Shown in pieces: positions 1 through 12,874 of a stretch of 64,000 bases of DNA. The notes below the pieces were generated by a model. It searched no databases. It was not told the origin of the DNA and worked only from the letters and a program-made list of their open reading frames with translations. Position 1 is the first letter of the stretch, and the number at the start of each line of letters is the position of its first letter. Origin of the DNA: Welwitschia mirabilis. Lineage: Eukaryota. A program made the translations under genes and the position numbers. The stretch lies in contig JBOZIK010000001.1 in assembly GCA_051453625.1 (NCBI GenBank), forward strand, positions 16,612,135 to 16,676,134. Reading direction: 5' to 3'.

Positions 1-47
1 GCATCTCATGAAATGGGGAATAGTCCAACCAATGTTATGTACTATGC

Positions 48-174
48 GTAACTCCCGGATGGAGTTACATGTTGTTAATGTCCGTAACTCCCGAATGCAG
101 TTATGTGTTGTTAATGTCCGTAACTCCTGGATGCAGTTACGTGTTGTTAATGTCCGTAACTCCCAGATGCAGTT
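48..174. repeat. 36-bp tandem minisatellite, ~3.5 copies
   Basis: Unit gtaactcccggatggagttacatgttgttaatgtcc starts at 48, 84, 120 and 156. It explains the 12-aa periodicity of ORF 8..208. Confidence 0.95.
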
Positions 175-756
175 GAGATCCATCCGAGAGAGATTAGAAT
201 TTGTCTAAATTTCGAATTCCTCATCAATAAGAATAAGAAAAAAACTAGGAGCCTCTTTGTGTTACGCGACTCCCAAACCAAATCCTCTGTTCCATCTCCT
301 TCTCCCCTGTTTCACGTTTTTTTCCTCTGTTTTTTCCATTTGCTTTGTGTGATTGTGAGATAACAGGCAAAGGAAGCAGCAGCCAAAGCATCTTGAACTC
401 TAACAGTTGAATTCCATAATGCCATCAGTTTCCAAACATCAAACCAGTGCCAAATGTCAAGTTCACATCATGGCATGATTGAAATGTTTTAATTTAAGAA
501 GTAGTTTATCCCTTCCTTGCATCTTTATACTTTCATCATCTTAAAATAAGGGAATGTCTAACTCATAAAATTTTTTTCCCTACAAAAAAAATAAGTCATG
601 TGGACTTGGACCCACCACCTCTTAACTAAGACGTTAATGACTTAACCACCCATACTGGTATACTCATTAATAAGAATGCAAGTATGATGATATAATTATA
701 ATAGGAAGAGCTATACCTTTAAGCGTGTATAACTTTAATGAAAAATATAAGTGAAC

Positions 757-781
757 ATATATATATATATATATATATATA
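757..781. repeat. (AT)n microsatellite
   Basis: Pure AT dinucleotide run. Confidence 0.95.
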
Positions 782-1128
782 AAAGAAACAAGTCTTCTAA
801 TTAGTATGACATGTTCTGTTTAATTTAAAGGATAACTCAGGTTATATGAGTGACTTAATCTAAAAGAGATACTTCTAATCTTAATTGAACATGAAATACC
901 ATGCAATCTTTGTTCCTACATCCCTTTTTGGATATAAATCCAAAACCTCAAACTATGGTTGTTTACCTAGAAAGACAAGAGTATATTCAATTTCAATCAG
1001 AATAGAAGAAGAGCTTGTTACCTATGTATCACTGCTAATTTAAGATTCACACATTGCCAATACTAAGGTTGATGTTCAAGCTTAAAATAGCCTAGTTAAT
1101 CCTTTTGCATAATGAACTCACAACCTAA

Positions 1129-1140
1129 GCTCTGATACCA
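1129..1140 (-). promoter_or_regulatory. Primer binding site (tRNA-iMet type) of an LTR retrotransposon
   Basis: gctctgatacca is the reverse complement of TGGTATCAGAGC, the canonical iMet PBS, 3 nt from a degenerate LTR end (tttaatgtcc ~ tgtaacgccc). Confidence 0.85.
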
Positions 1141-1143
1141 AAA

Positions 1144-4100
1144 TTTAATGTCCTCATTTTTGACATTCAAGCATGAAACGAAATTTTATTAATCAGTTGT
1201 TATCAACATGATATAGCATTGTTAGTACGGTGTGATATCTAACATTTTATCTTTAATTAAAAATTGTAACATAATGCTCTCAAGACTATAATACTCATTA
1301 TATTATCTAAGAACTTGAACTCTTAACCTATTTTTCAATTCTTAGTTATCTTAGCCATTGTGCTACAACTCCACTTTGAGATTAATACTACATAATTTTC
1401 TAGATAACTTATGCTAACAAAACCTTATTAATAATAAGATTTAATTCAACTTCTATTACTCATGAGGTTTCTTCTAACTACTTTTATCTATTGTTATAAC
1501 TATGAGTTAACAATTGTGATTTAATAAATCTAAAAAGAAATAAACAATCATATTCTCTTCACAAAAGATAACTCCTAGAGTAAATGTTAATTCCTCATGC
1601 ATGAAATTCCACATAAATGATAATAACAATATTACTTGCAATCTTATTTTAAGAAAATGGTAAATTATTTGTTCTAATCAACTATAACAAATTGATAAGG
1701 CATGTCTTACTTCAAATACAATTGAAGTAAACTAGCAACTTGCAACAACTAAATTATCAAATAAATGACACCCAGGTACTTGCAACCATTATCTCTTTTC
1801 AACATTTTCTTTTGTAATTGTTCATGTACATGCAAGTATGCTTTGAAAATTGTTACTAGTTTCTAGTGTGGTCCAAGGCAATGGAACAGGTATGCAAAGA
1901 TTATCAAAAGTAAGGAAGGAGACTACATTATAAGGGACATGACCATAATTGCTCATCAATTAGAATTATCTTCTTTAATGTTGTCTTACAACATATTCAA
2001 GTAATGTAGATGCATCCTACTAAGAGGGGTAAAATAATATTATAATGTGCACATATCTCCCTTTTAGCTCTGATAGTCAAGTCCTAATACCTTGGGACTT
2101 CCAATAGAGAGTTACACTCCTTGAAGTCCATACAAGTGGTTTTCTTGGCTAGTTTCAATTTTCATAATTCAATATAAATGTCAATCGTCAACAAGATAAT
2201 CACATGCATGACTTACAAAAAGGCTAGTCAATAGAACTTAGTCAAAACAATTAATAAGAAGATATCTTAGGATTGATTGGATTACATGAAACATAGACTA
2301 TACAAACTCCTAGAAGACTCTCATAAAATATTATTAGAAGGCTTTAAATTTTATAAATAATTTAGTATATATAAGACATTATAAGAAATATTACATTCAT
2401 ATAAGATTTACACAATCTAGGAAGAATTATATAAATATATAAAATAAAAACTTAGACCATGCAAGATTATACAAGAAAAAATCATACAAATGTTTACAAA
2501 GAAGGGTAAGAACCACCCTCATTCTTAGCTAAACTCTAAGGTAATCCTACTTGTATCCAAGATCCACATAATTATAATTTGCAAAGTATACACCTATGAC
2601 TCTAATGACTAGGGAACTCAGATATTTATAAGATAGGACTAACAATAGAACTACTAATAAGCCTTACATTCTACAAACAGTGTAGGTTCCCTTAACCCAT
2701 CTTCCCAAGCTTGGCCACTGGATGTAAATGATAATAGAACAACATTTGATAAATTATTTTAACTACATGAGATAAATAAGATGAGAAAATACTTTATATA
2801 GCATGAATTACTATTACATGAATAAGATAAAGTTAATAGAAATCTATATTATAGTTAATTTCTAAAATAAGTCAAGTGATCCAATGTTAAATTGCATCAA
2901 TAGAAAAACATGCATAAGCGATAATGAATTCCACAATTAACTCAATATTTTAATGAATTGACTAAAATAAATAACTATAAGTAAATATTTCAAAAAATTC
3001 TAAAATAAATATCATGTAAATACCTAGTTTAACTCTCAACTTCATTACATATATTATTATTTTTAAATAATTTAGAACTAGATTTATTATTATTATTAAA
3101 ATTTTAGTATTTAATTATTTATCTAAATTAACTAGGAAGGTTTTCTAAACTTAGGAAAATATAGAAGTGACATTCAACTTCATGCATCTATACATCAAGA
3201 ATGAAAATAGCATTCAATCTAAACTGAAATAACTTGCTCATTCCATATTCTTCTTCATAGTAGATTCTACACATGTAAGCATGTTGTAAGAACTGTAACT
3301 TTCATAGTTCTTATTATGTTCCATGATAAGGTTTAGGTAAGAGGAAAGGAATTTTTCAAGGATAAGATAGGATTCTCAAGTAAATTAAACATGATCATCA
3401 CCTCAAACAAATCATAAAAATCTAGATTGATACATGTTTAAAGGGGATCAATTTTCTTCCTTTACTCTCTTAATGTACTTTAATGTATTCTAGCCAGTAT
3501 ACCTAAAGGGGTCCATAAACTTCATTTACTCTCTAGGAAATTTTTTTGCAATTTATCATTTATTAAAACAAGTTAATAAATGGTCACAAAACTTAAGTCA
3601 AATAAGCTGAAAGAATCCTAAGAAGAACTTAAAAGCTTTAATCAAAATATGAGATGCAAAACAAGGCTTTGGAAACACAAGAATTATGATGTATAAAGGG
3701 GAAAAAAAAAGTAATCTAAGAATTAATAAGAAATAACTGAACCAGAAACCACACCTAAAATTTAAACGAAGCCTGAAAAACTTCTAAAGATTTAAGGTTT
3801 AAGGGCTTTCAAGCTCTAACTCAAATTTACTAAGATTTGATAGAAAATCCTTTTTCAAGTAATGAAATAAGAGAGGAAGAATGTCATATTTATAATAGAG
3901 GATGAAGGATGTGAAAGGATGTGAGAGTACAAAGAAACACCATCATAAAAGATGGTGACAGCTATGGTGTTTATCATGGAAGTAATGAAGGTGGTAAACT
4001 GGTGAAAATGGTGAAAGTGGTAGAAGTGGTAAAAATGATGAACATGAAGGAGGTGATGGAAGTGATGACAATTTTGTTACCTTGCTAAGCCACTGGATGT

Positions 4101-4489
4101 GTAATATTCATCATAATAATGCATTTAAAATAGAGAATAAAAATGGATCACTTCATAATTATAAATTCCATGTTTAAATAAAGGAAAGGTACAACAATTT
4201 AAAAAAGAAAAATAATGCAACCACTAACTTATGCACTAACATGACTACTGCTCTAATCAGTACCTTAGTCATAAAAGATCATGATTAATTATCAAGAATT
4301 TACAATAAGGAATGGCTATTAGAAGGAAAGGACTTAAAAATAAAAATTTGTAGCATGCTTTTTTACAATATAGTTATATCTCGAAAAAAGTACAATAACT
4401 AATTTACCTTGTGGATCTTATGAGAATAAAATTTATTTTTATTAAATTTTTAGGCTAAGTCTTTGAATCTTGAAAGTCTGAATGTGATA
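1144..4489 (-). mobile_element. Large (~3.3 kb) degenerate LTR, Tekay/Del-like Ty3/Gypsy family (tentative lineage)
   Basis: Bounded by the iMet PBS on the left and by gtgata|ttacttcatcccttaagaggtttcatcc on the right, resembling the reverse of the chromovirus 3' internal end/PPT (ggacgaaa...ttaaggg...). TATA-like tatttataatag (minus sense) near 3887-3898. The right end is repeated at ~5740-6017. Confidence 0.55.
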
Positions 4490-4791
4490 TTACTTCATCC
4501 CTTAAGAGGTTTCATCCTTTGAACGTGAGCTATAAAACATTTATTTTATATTCTCTTAATTGTTGTACTTACAAGGTTAAAATTATCTTCCTTCAATGAC
4601 ATATAAATTGTTGAAAATGTTATCTAAAAGCTTGCTAATTAATCATCATAATAACACCAATTATCTCTTGCATCTAAATTGCTTAAGCCTCTAGAAATTC
4701 TCTTCTTTGTCTATCCTTTACTTAGCATATTATTTATAAAGGTTGTATTTTATATACATATATATCAACTTCAAAATGAACTTTAAATCTT
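4490..4791 (-). mobile_element. PPT plus 3' internal remnant of Tekay-like element, copy 1
   Basis: Aligns by eye with 6018-6378 (e.g. ttatcttccttcaatg; gcttgctaat...ataacacca...tctcttg; atgaacttt.aatcttc). Confidence 0.65.
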
Positions 4792-5100
4792 CTTCAACTG
4801 GATTTCTTTACTGATACAGTTTAATTTTCTCGAGTTCATATTCAATCTAGATTTAGGTTCGGTAGTACAATGGTGGGTGCTTAGGGAAAAAGTAGAAAAA
4901 TTCATAGAGGAACCGAAAAGTTGGAAGTGAAGGGGTTTGAAGAAGGTGGATTTATCAAAGGATTTCTCAAAAAAAAAATTCTTAGACCGGAATGATTCGA
5001 ACATTCTAATTTAGTAAAACAGAAGTTATTGGAGTTGGTCAAATAAATCTTCAAAGTAAGTACTAGTACTGATCCTCATTTGGCTATTATTGATACTTCT

Positions 5101-5244
5101 AATAGCTATGAGTACCTGGAGGATTTTGATACTTTTAATAGCTATGAGTACCCAAAGGATTTTGATAGATATGAGTACCCAAAGGATTTTGATAGCTATG
5201 AGTACCCGAAGAATTTTAAAAGATATGATTACCTGGAGGATTTT
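5101..5244 (+). repeat. 27-bp tandem repeat (5 units; first has a 9-bp extension), in-frame S/R-YEYPKDFD
   Basis: Units start at 5101, 5137, 5164, 5191 and 5218; consensus gatagctatgagtacccaaaggatttt. Confidence 0.9.
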
Positions 5245-5676
5245 TTGGAAAAACCTGATTGGGTAAAATGAATTTTCCCTTTTCCTATTGCTAATTTCTA
5301 TTCGTTGGAAAATTTTTATTCTGATTCTTCTACTTCTAATAAAAAGGGTTAAATGTTTATATATGATTCTTCTCCTATTACTATAGCGGCTGAGGAGGAA
5401 ACCTCTTGGACACAGTTGGATACTTTTCAATATAAAAAAAAGTTGAATTTTTGATTCACCTTAAGATATTTGAAGAAAATTGTTTGCTTTTTGTCAAGGA
5501 ACGCTTTTAGCTACTGGACTCTCACCATCTAGGGTGCAAGACTGGACTGCTTCGCTTAGTGGCATNNNNNNNNNNNNNNNNNNNNNNNNNNNNNNNNNNN
5601 NNNNNNNNNNNNNNNNNNNNNNNNNNNNNNNNNNNNNNNNNNNNNNNNNNNNNNNNNNNNNNNNNNNNNNNNNNNN

Positions 5677-6378
5677 ATATTGTTTTTCATTAAAATAAAG
5701 AATTAAAAGAATCACCACATAACGATATATATTTTTTTCCAAGTAAAATAAAAGATGGTACAATAATTTCATAATTGAAAATAAATTAATGCAACCCACT
5801 ATCACAACCACTAACTTTACCCTTCAAGATCATAATTACCAAGGATTATAATGACAAAATAATATTATAGCTAATACAACATGAATAACTTTTAAGCACA
5901 AAATTTTCTAGAATATAAATATAATAACTACATTAGCTTATAGACTCTATAATAATAAAAATTATTTTAATTTAGTTTTTATGCTAATCTTTAGACCTTA
6001 AAATTTTGGACATAACATTTTTCTATCACTTAAAAAGTTTCGTCCATGAAAATTGAACAACAAAGATTAATTTTTCACTACAATACATCTATCTATATTT
6101 TCAAGTAGTTTCTTTTCCTATCTCTCCTAATTACTATACTATAGTTGAATTTATCTTCCTTCAATGCCATATATAAATTGTTGAATAAGTTAAAATGTTG
6201 TCCACATGCTTGCTAATCAAGATCATGATAACACCAGTCATCTCTTGTATCTGGAATAATCAAGCCTCTAGTAATTCTCTTCTTCCTCTACCGTTCACTT
6301 CATGGAGAAATCTCTAAAAGTTGTAGTACATGAGTATATCAATTCACAAAACTATTTTGTTATACATGAACTTTGAAT
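5677..6378 (-). mobile_element. Second copy of Tekay-like LTR end (to 6017), PPT and 3' internal remnant
   Basis: ggacataaca|tttttctatcacttaaaaagtttcgtcc junction at 6017/6018; homologous to ~4200-4791. Confidence 0.6.
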
Positions 6379-7126
6379 CTTCCCATTTCCTAAGGTTATA
6401 ATGCTTACTTGATCATGAAAAACATTATGAACTAGCATATCTTCATGAATGGTTGGATAATAAACCGCACAATTGATTTTGCAAGGAATTCCTAAGAACA
6501 TGGTTGAATATACTTACAAATGGTTTAAACCATTTAAATTTCATAAGCTAAATATCTCAATAATCTCCTTACTCTAACCATAACCAAAATAAGCTTGGCC
6601 TATTAAATCTAAAATATAAAGTTAACTATTACAATAGAATAATTTATCACTTTAAAACCATGGCAGTCCCCTCTAAAGAGGTGTAGAAATTCCTCAAGTT
6701 TAAACTCATAAATTGAAAGTATCTTACATTCTACATTTATTTTTTGTGTGTTTATTTCAACTCCTCTTTAAAACTTTTGCTTGTATAATCTAGTTGTATT
6801 TCCACTTCAAAGATTAATATGTATAATATCTTGAAGCCTAATAAGTTAAGGTTAAAGCATGTATTAAGGCCAAGGTTATGCAAGCATAGATCAACTAAAT
6901 ATACAAGGGCTTAAGATCATTTTAGAGTGAGCTAAATCTATCCTTACAAGCTAAAACACTTATGTGCATATCTAAACTAATCAACATGATAAGTTTTGAC
7001 TATATACTAACATGATTACCGAGTTAAAAGACATCATGTAGTGAAGGATTAAAATATTTATGTCAACTATAATTAAGAAAGAGAACTCTATTAGTACAAT
7101 AACTAGTCAAAGAAAAAGATAGAAGT

Positions 7127-7191
7127 GAGTTTTATTCTATGAATAGATGATCCATAGGAGCGAGTTTTATTCTATGAATAGATGCTCCATA
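7127..7191. repeat. 35-bp-period tandem duplication
   Basis: gagttttattctatgaatagatg(a/c)tccata at 7127 and 7162. Confidence 0.9.
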
Positions 7192-9175
7192 AATTTGGTC
7201 AAACCTATAATGAAAAAGCCTAGATTTATTATAACCATCCTTAACAATTAGTCAAAGAATAAGTTATGCAAAAATTAAGCAATAAGGGAGTTTAAGGAAA
7301 GAAGAAATCTATAAAATATCATTTTAAAACTTTAATTTATTTTTGGCTTAGAAATCTAAATTATTAATATGATTATTCATAAATTATTTTGGGTAGACTT
7401 CTTTCTTAATTAATACTTTTATGTTATGATATCTCAGGCTTTTAACCATGAAGTATTATGTTTCAAAACATGTCTTGGTTTTTCGAGGAGTGTTAGTAGA
7501 TATCATGTTGTATGGTTACTGAAGATAATCTTATAGCATTTATTCTCCTTAATTGATTTTTTGCTTCTAAAAATATAAATTTTTAATAATAAATTAAAGT
7601 GAAAAACACTTGAATTTATCTATAGAAATCTTGCTAGGCATTAGGGAAAAGGTATAAGAGGAGGTTTACCAAGTATTTAAGATAGACAATTAAGTTACAC
7701 TAATATCAAAGAGCTAAAGTAATTAACCCATTACATAAATGAGTCAATTAGGCTTTATTATCATCCATCTATTCTAACTAAATAAGCTAAATATCCTAAT
7801 ATTTTACCTAGAGAGTACAAATTAGATGCAAATCAAGATATTAATTAAGACTTTTTAATCTTCGAACAATACCAATTAAACTTATATACATATTTGTTTT
7901 AGTATTTTTCAAACAAGAATAAAGTTATGGTTTAGGTTTCTAAAAGCCAAGGGAAATCATAAAATCAAAGATTGTACATCATTATTACAATTATCTTATT
8001 TTGTAAAACCATACATATAGTTTTATGATCATGTTTTTGATAAGCCAACCATCCCAACAAAAGATTTTATCTTTTAAAATAAGAGTACTTAAATAAGCAT
8101 CAAACATATAAGCATTTTTTATGTTCTATTAGAATGGTCCAAATGCATTCTTCTTCATAAGATTATATCTAGGGTCCTTTTACAAGGGTCACATCTTCTA
8201 AATGAAAAAGTCCCTATTGTTTCTTCTTACTATGTTCATTTATAAAAAGGGAGCTTAGAATCACTTTCTTTATTTTATCAAAATACTATGATAGAAAACT
8301 CATGGGGGAAGCATGGTATGATGTTGGTGACAATGGCCAAGGGACATATGATGATGATGATTAGTAGTTAGCAAGGAAAAATCCATCAAGAGTCTTAGCA
8401 GGCGTTCACATGATTAGGATGTCAAGCCATCCAAAGGCCTTTACAAAAGAGTTGAAGAACAATAAAAGCATGTCATAACTCATTACTATTACATGTGTTT
8501 TAAAAAATGGCTCATTCTTCCACCATTAAGACTAATTATGAATAAATAGAATAGAATTTTAGTGGTTATCAAATTAAAGACAAGCATTAAAGGCCAAGGG
8601 CCTTATTATTGAAGAAATAATTAGAGGAAGGATGTTGTGAGGAGGTTGAGTGGTTTCTTCTATCCTTCATTTCCATTTCTAAATTTTCTCTTACCTCTTC
8701 TTTCTTTTTCGTAATCATACTTATTCTTAATAGTAAAAAGTAGTTTATATATCCCAGTATCAACTAAATATGTAGGTAGAATTTTATTTCTTTGAATGAG
8801 GATGATTTACATTCAAGCATGTTAGCATCCTTACCATATGCTCTCGTCTAGATGCTTGTTAAATTTTGATGTCTACATGACTTTATAGGGCAATAGATTG
8901 ATATAGTCTTAAATGGTTTTATACAAGTTCATCTTATTAATTAAATGCAAATGATGATTAGCTAATGATAGTATGTTAGATCTACTTGAGCAAGCCAGAT
9001 AGGATGTGGAAGCATAGCATAGTATGTTATAGTTTAAGCATGGACATAGTTATATTTTGATCTATGTTATAGGTTATGGTGTTTTACTCTTCCTTTCATT
9101 TACAATGGCTAATAGAGATATGAGGAAGACCTGGTTCTTTAGAGTACGATGCCTATCATTAGTTATAGATGAAAG

Positions 9176-10415
9176 CGTTGCAGTGTGAATTTATGAAATC
9201 TTTAAGTCCTTAGGAAAAGCTTTTAAATTATAATACTTGTAGAAAACACACACTAATATAAATGGGAGTTAACTTGAATGTCATAATCCATTGAAGGCAC
9301 TAGACTAGAAGTTAGAGAATTGATTTCACAAATTATATTTAATCTTTTCTATTTCATTAAATTAAAGTAAATAAGAATGTAAATGTAATGCAAAATAAAT
9401 GGTGGTAAAATGCAAATGGATGGAATGCAAGTAAGATGATCTCTATTTAGATTCTAATCCTCCTATCATAAGAACTAGTCCTTTTTAATTCAAATCAATT
9501 AAAATTAATTAGAAAGAGTGTATCACTTGTTTCTAATTAATATAAACTATAAGATATTCTAAATATAATATGCAAATATGAAATGAAATAATGTAAGATC
9601 TAAGCTAATAAAATCAACCTTAACAAAGGTTTCCCTTATGATCTAAACAAAATATATAACTATCAATTAATATAATCAACTTAAATCACAAGAAACATTT
9701 ACACAATAGTAGTAAAAAGAGTAATTAAATTAACCATGAACTTTTACATCCACTTATAAGAAAGTAGCAGCAACTCAATGGAGGATACTTAGTCCAACAC
9801 CAAGGTAAACTTCTCTTTGTAGCTAATGGATGAATCTCTTGTTCTTCAATCTTCCATCATAAGAACATCCATATAAAATATGGAAAAGAAAGTGAAGAAA
9901 AGAAATGGTAGTTGTAGTTTTACATTGAAGTTCTAGAAGCACAACCTTAGGAGTCAGAGAAGAAACCCTAGTAGCCCATATGGGTCACATGGCCTCACTA
10001 CAAAGATAATATTTTTCATCCATATAAAATAGTTGTTGTTTTAACTATCATGGGGACAATAATTAGAATATAACTCCATGTCAAAAGGTGATCATTAGCT
10101 TTTGACGCTGCAGTCAACTCTGTAGACTCCATCCATGCCAACACTATTGTCATCCTACCTATCATGAAGATGATAGAGGGGATGACAAGCTTTTCCATCT
10201 TCTATCTTAAAGAAAAATCAGTCTTCTGCATGGTAAACACTTCTTTCAATGTGTGAAGTATCAAGATATTCCTTCAAATATGCTAATAATCACATTTTTC
10301 AGTGATCATCTTATCCATTCTTCATAATTATTAGAATTGCATCCAAACCTATATAAATGTCCTACAAAAGTACTCAAAAAACATTATTAAATTCCTATAA
10401 ATAGAAATCACAACA
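9176..10415 (-). mobile_element. Athila-type LTR A (3' LTR of copy A)
   Basis: Starts cgttgcagtgtgaatt and ends cacaaca, homologous to the other four LTRs. No PBS on its left flank (gaaag). Confidence 0.85.
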
Positions 10416-10631
10416 TAGAGTCATACTTAGCCTTGTTAGTTCCTAACAAAATGAGTAATCAATTATATTATGAGCCAATTTAACTAAAATAAATAGCAAG
10501 TAGAAAAAAATATAATTTGAGTTTAATTTTACCATGCAGGAATAGATATCAAAGACAAATTAACTAATATAAATACTAACATATTCATAATCCCCCTACT
10601 TAAACACATTAGAATAGACTGAATAAATGTC

Positions 10632-11022
10632 ATATATATATATATANNNNNNNNNNNNNNNNNNNNNNNNNNNNNNNNNNNNNNNNNNNNNNNNNNNNNN
10701 NNNNNNNNNNNNNNNNNNNNNNNNNNNNNNNNNNNNNNNNNNNNNNNNNNNNNNNNNNNNNNNNNNNNNNNNNNNNNNNNNNNNNNNNNNNNNNNNNNNN
10801 NNNNNNNNNNNNNNNNNNNNNNNNNNNNNNNNNNNNNNNNNNNNNNNNNNNNNNNNNNNNNNNNNNNNNNNNNNNNNNNNNNNNNNNNNNNNNNNNNNNN
10901 NNNNNNNNNNNNNNNNNNNNNNNNNNNNNNNNNNNNNNNNNNNNNNNNNNNNNNNNNNNNNNNNNNNNNNNNNNNNNNNNNNNNNNNNNNNNNNNNACAC
11001 ATTAGAATAGAATGAATAAATG

Positions 11023-11052
<30 letters not shown>
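10632..11052. repeat. (AT)n microsatellite expansion spanning an assembly gap
   Basis: AT runs at 10632-10646 and 11024-11052; the other copies have only a few AT/AC units here. Confidence 0.8.
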
Positions 11053-11058
<6 letters not shown>

Positions 11059-12874
11059 ATAAAATGTAACAATGATAACTCAAAAAAATGATAATATATA
11101 TGCATAATATGAGATAGTATTAGTAAAACTCATGTGAAAAACTTAAGCAGTGATGATTTCAAAATAATGATGCATCTAAAATTCATTAATGTATTCTACA
11201 AGGGACAAGGTAAAAACATAAACATAACATTCTTTTTCTTTAGATGATCTAAAACATAACTATAGAAAAACTCTATGAGTGTGCTACTATGCTTCTACTA
11301 AATAAAGTCTATGAAATTTATTTTAGTAACATGAAATCATATTTAAATAACTAATGATAAATATATATTATGAAAGCTTAAACATGATCCTCTTAAATTT
11401 AAAATTTTTACTACATATCTTAGAAGAATGCTCAGAAAGTTATCCTACCCTTCCCACAAGTAAAGCAAGATGTCCCAGATTGCATAAGGTAAAAAGGATG
11501 ATTGTCATTCTAGCTGTCATAAGGATGATAGACATGGGATGAAAACAATCAAATGAGATGTTTGAAAAGATAAGAAAAATAAAAAAAAAGTCTAAAAGCA
11601 AGAAAAAAATTGAAAAATAGCATAAAAGCAAAAATAAAGTAGAGAGTCAAGAATTATCCTAAAAAACATAACTATGATGAAAAGAGATCTATAGAAAAAC
11701 TATGTTAAAGAGAAGTAAAAATGCATAAAGTAAAAAAACGTAATGCTCAGAAGAACTCCTTGAATGTGTTCAAACTCAGCAAGCCTTAAAAAGTAAGAAT
11801 TGAAACTCAAAGAGTATCACAATCACCTATCAAAAAAAGAAACAACAACCATCATGGATAAAAGCTATGATTAAGCAACAAGAAACTACTAAATGATCAT
11901 ATCCATAATATTATTTAAAAAAGTATAGAAATAACTTTGAAAAACCTATTAAAACAACTAAAGAAAATAAAAATGAAAATAGACATCCTAAATTCTAACC
12001 TAACAAATTCCCTTGGTAATAATCATAAAATCATCTAATAAAAATGCATGATAAGATGTAAATATTCATAAAGTACCATTTAAATAGATAATAATTATGA
12101 TGATGTCAAGTATGTCTAATGTTATCAAACAATGAATGATAAGATAAAAAGCTAAAAAAACATGAATTCACTAGCTCACACATCAAAATAATATTGAAAT
12201 CCAAAAAAGTAGAATGATCATGTAAAAGTACTATATGCAAAAAAGGAGTTTAGAAAATAAATAATTCCTTTGATGGCATGAGGGACATCATTAATCTTAT
12301 AAATATAAATAAAACTTTTTTCTATCATAATGAGGGGAGGGCAACCACTGTTAGAGGAGTAAGAACCCATGCAGCATGGCCAACTAACTTCCTAGTGGAG
12401 TTTCCACAGCTATCATATCGCACTGCCAAAGGCTCATTTGAGAAAATTTGCCATAGTGCACTTGCGGTAGCACATCATGCTGACCATGTTTTTACTTTAG
12501 ATATGAATTAACATGGTCCTTATTTCTTTTCTCTTTTTCCTTCTCTATTTTTTAGTAAAAAGAGAGATTCCACATAACCAAGTACTCATAAGAATAAAAG
12601 TGAAGTAATGAGATGAGAACTAAGTAAAAACATGTAAAAACAACTAATTACTCATACCATTGAAAGAGAAAAAAAGAGCTAAGGCATCTTCCTTCAAAAT
12701 AAAGTTTATAGATATATAAATATCTTAAGATTAGATGAATCTAATCTTATCATCTTAAAATACCCAAGTAAAAGATTACTAATTATGATAACTTCATAAA
12801 GTAATACATAAGTCAAATTAAAGATATTCAAGTAATGACAAGATGTCTACCTAAGAAATGAGTTAAGAAGGAAT

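Noticed and set aside
48-174. CRISPR-like 36-bp palindromic repeats
   Set aside because: Units are directly adjacent with no unique spacers, no cas genes, and a eukaryotic TE context.
8-208. 66-aa ORF as a real gene
   Set aside because: Fully explained by a stop-free 36-bp repeat; no other support.
3940-4075. ggtga/gtggt 9-bp-like periodic stretch as a Gly-rich coding region
   Set aside because: Low-complexity purine-rich tract inside the presumed LTR; no qualifying ORF.
8300-9175. Possible Tat-like PPT/LTR at ~8300 and MULE-like peptide (FLSFTMANRDMRKTWFF) at ~9090-9143
   Set aside because: Similarity too weak by eye, with no second LTR or catalytic motif; left unannotated.
10603-11040. 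Direct repeat flanking the gap (acacattagaataga...tgtcatatata); similar at 56988-57118
   Set aside because: Most simply overlapping contig ends at a microsatellite or gap, not a biological duplication.
10529-11105. Long ORFs containing X runs (also 5480-5811, 41140-42124, 43818-44372, 52756-53454)
   Set aside because: Artefacts of translating through N gaps.
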